DNA of 64,000 bases from positions 250,418,001 to 250,482,000 of the forward strand of contig OZ024740.1 in NCBI GenBank assembly GCA_964016885.1, given 5' to 3'. The position numbers and the translations under genes are program-made. Positions 61,460-64,000 of the stretch are shown piece by piece. The notes beneath the pieces were generated by a model. It ran no database searches. It saw only the letters and a program-made list of their open reading frames with translations, and was not told the DNA's origin. The DNA is from Eledone cirrhosa. Lineage: Eukaryota. Within the stretch, counting starts at the first letter, position 1. Each line of letters opens with the position of its first letter.

Positions 61460-61466
<7 letters not shown>
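60733..61466. repeat. Overlapping inverted duplications, probably PLE terminal sequence
   Basis: 60880-61069 is inverted at 61227-61466 with a ~45-bp indel. 60733-60760 is inverted at 61070-61097. A lone CTGATGA sits in both large arms. Confidence 0.85.
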
Positions 61467-61545
<79 letters not shown>

Positions 61546-62231
61546 AGTGAAAAATTGGACGGGAACGAAAACAGAGAGGCAGACAATATATATATAATAG
61601 AAAAGGGAAGTAAGGATTCAGTTAATATAGAGAAAAGATGAAGTTGAAAATAGCACGAAAAATATATTTAAGGGTCTGTTTTTCTTTTTTGATTCGTCAA
61701 AGTGACATTATTGAAAAGATATTATTAAAAAATGAGAGTGACAATTCTTTTTAAAACATTTTTTTATGATATTTATAAAGTATATGAAGAAATTACCGGT
61801 TTCGATGTCTTATTAAAATCTATCTGATCAAATGTTGAGTGTAAAAATTAAAAAGAGTTGATAGGAGTTAAAAACGAAAGGTTTAAAATTAAAATCAAAA
61901 TCAAATGTTTGAATAAATTTTCTTCCATCCTTCTTGCTGAGAGATTGGGTGGAATGAGAACAGTACTTGTTTTTCTTCACAGGAGGAAGTTGTGTTTTGA
62001 AAAACATCCTGTGAGTGTATTGTTAATCGAGTGGTCAATAGTTCAAAAGGGGATAGGGGATTGTAAGTTAGAGGTAAATTCTGAAGAAGTAGTAGTGGAA
62101 TTGTATGAGAAATTCTATTATTGGAATGTGGCTTCAGGCAGTGTGTGTACATATATACACATACTTATGTCCCAAGGCTCTGATACCATCAACACTATAA
62201 ACACAGAGCTGGCATATCTAAGAACTGACTA

Positions 62232-62287
62232 ACTGCCTGATGAGGTCATAGCCATTCAATGGCTATCATCGAAATATATATAGTAGT
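62232..62287 (+). ncRNA. Type I hammerhead ribozyme with an intact core
   Basis: ACTGC-CTGATGA-GGTcATAGCCAT tca ATGGCTATcATC-GAAA-TATATA-TA-GTAGT. 5-bp stem I, 11-bp stem II, palindromic stem III. Predicted cut after 62282. Confidence 0.85.
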
Positions 62288-62706
62288 AAATAAAGGATTA
62301 TGAGTTCATGCAATTGACTTATGTTTCGTCACTATACACATACATATATAGATATATAGAGAGAGTGTGAGGGTGTATATATAACAATACACATATGTGT
62401 GTGTGTGTATGTTCACAGTTTGTCTGTCACAGTCCCTTTAGCAATATACACATGTGTGGGGTTGTTGTGTGTGTTTGTGTGTCTTTTTCAACCTGTCACA
62501 GATACTTTTGTGGAGGGAAATTAAAAAAAGATATTTTCTTCAAAATTCAGAAAATTGTCAAAAATTAAAAACTAAAATTCAAAGGATTCTCAGAATCCAA
62601 AAATTTAAACATTAGAAAAAGTTTTTTTAAACAAATTCTTTAAAAAATACCAGAGTATCAGTAGCAATAGCTTCTGCAATGGGTAATTTTTTACTCTTAT
62701 TTTGTG

Positions 62707-62763
<57 letters not shown>

Positions 62764-64000
62764 CAAATAACGAAACGAAATTAAATCTCGTTTCGTTTGT
62801 AACTCACTTTTGTATGACTGACGCTTAAACAATTAAGTTAAAAATGTACATCCACATATGTATACTGAAATACTAGTATGCATATGAATACACACACGTA
62901 TACATATGTAGATGTACCGAGTTTTTCACTGGTCACTTTACTGTGAGTGTCCAGCTATTCTGTATGTAAACCCACAGACAAACCGGTTTTTAGAGTCATA
63001 CTGGTTTTTGAGGAAACACCTTTCCTCTATTCTCTAGAAAGCCAGACAAGGAATATTGAACTAGTTTCGTTGTTGTTACAACTCATCAGCAATATTTACC
63101 TATCTTCCGGCCTTTCTAGAGAATCGTAAAAGCACATATCGTTATATGCTTTTTCTATGTGTGTATATATATATATACACACACACGCATATAAAATAGT
63201 ACACATATGTGCGTGGGTGGGAAGGGGGTTGTGATGTGTGCGTGTGTGTTTTTTTTTCAGTCTGTTTGTCACAGATCCCTTTGTGGTGTGTGTGTGGGGG
63301 GGGGGGAATCTAATGAGGGTGATTATATATTTAGTTTTGGTTTAAATTTGTTAAATAGTTTTTCCTTATTTATTCTTTGTTGTTGAGTGAAAGAATGTAA
63401 GTGGGGAGATTTTAAAGTTGGGTAGAGTCATTCCTGCACAATCTGCAACAATGTGGCTACTTAAGTGGATTTCCCTTGTGTTTACGTCTCGGATTTGTTT
63501 GCGATGGATATATATATATATAAATTTGCAGTTCTTGTCTGTTTGTTTGTTTGTTCACGAACTCCTCCTATGGTTTCGGAGATAGACCTCCATAAACATA
63601 TTTGAAACTACATTGCCCAGGGTACTTGGATAAGTATATTTTAATCAAAGGGTTCCCCGGGGGCACAATCCCTCGATGAAAATCTTTTCCCTTCGATTTT
63701 TATGAAACTTAAACCATAGATAAATGACAAGATATGGTGCCCATTCACAAAATTTCAATAATATTAAGATACCCTAATGGATACTCCCTATAGTGAAAAT
63801 TTTGGAAGCCCATTACTTGAGTATTGGAACCTCTATTATGTCGGGGTTTTCTTAGTAATATTGAAATGCCGAGTTTTTTTCCATAAATTATATCACTGAT
63901 TTAAAATCAATCATCATTTTCTTACAAAAAAAAAAAAAAAATGTGTGAAACGCAGGAAAGCGCCAGTAATTCGGTTAGTATATATATATATATAAACAAG

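Noticed and set aside
63620-63980. Non-autonomous Helitron-like element (also 22270-22370)
   Set aside because: Only vague terminal similarity, so boundaries cannot be supported.

Overview
Eukaryotic, AT-rich, microsatellite-rich and almost gene-free DNA made mostly of nested transposable elements. The SINE and RTE families suggest a cephalopod (octopus-like) genome; this is inference, not verified. Contents: one young RTE LINE (one frameshift) plus several decayed RTE copies, all with a C4HC3 PHD-like finger inside the RT; an R4/Dong-like RLE retrotransposon; an internally deleted Gypsy element with ~99% identical LTRs; a non-coding tRNA-Trp-primed LTR element; Penelope-like elements (PLEs); Tx1, CR1 and CRE-like LINE relics; Helitron, hAT, mariner and pogo-like DNA transposon relics; and many SINEs. 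The main hidden signal is a set of unrelated type I hammerhead ribozyme motifs with short, mostly palindromic stem III. Four have an intact CUGANGA/GAAA core (959-1036, 14617-14670, 56842-56907, 62232-62287) and several more are decayed, one of them directly 5' of the R4-like ORF. Other oddities are a 32-bp array with a covarying hairpin in each unit, a 48-bp VNTR with a 192-bp higher-order period, and several fold-back duplications. Only weak candidate host exons were seen. All calls were made by eye, so coordinates of decayed elements are approximate.
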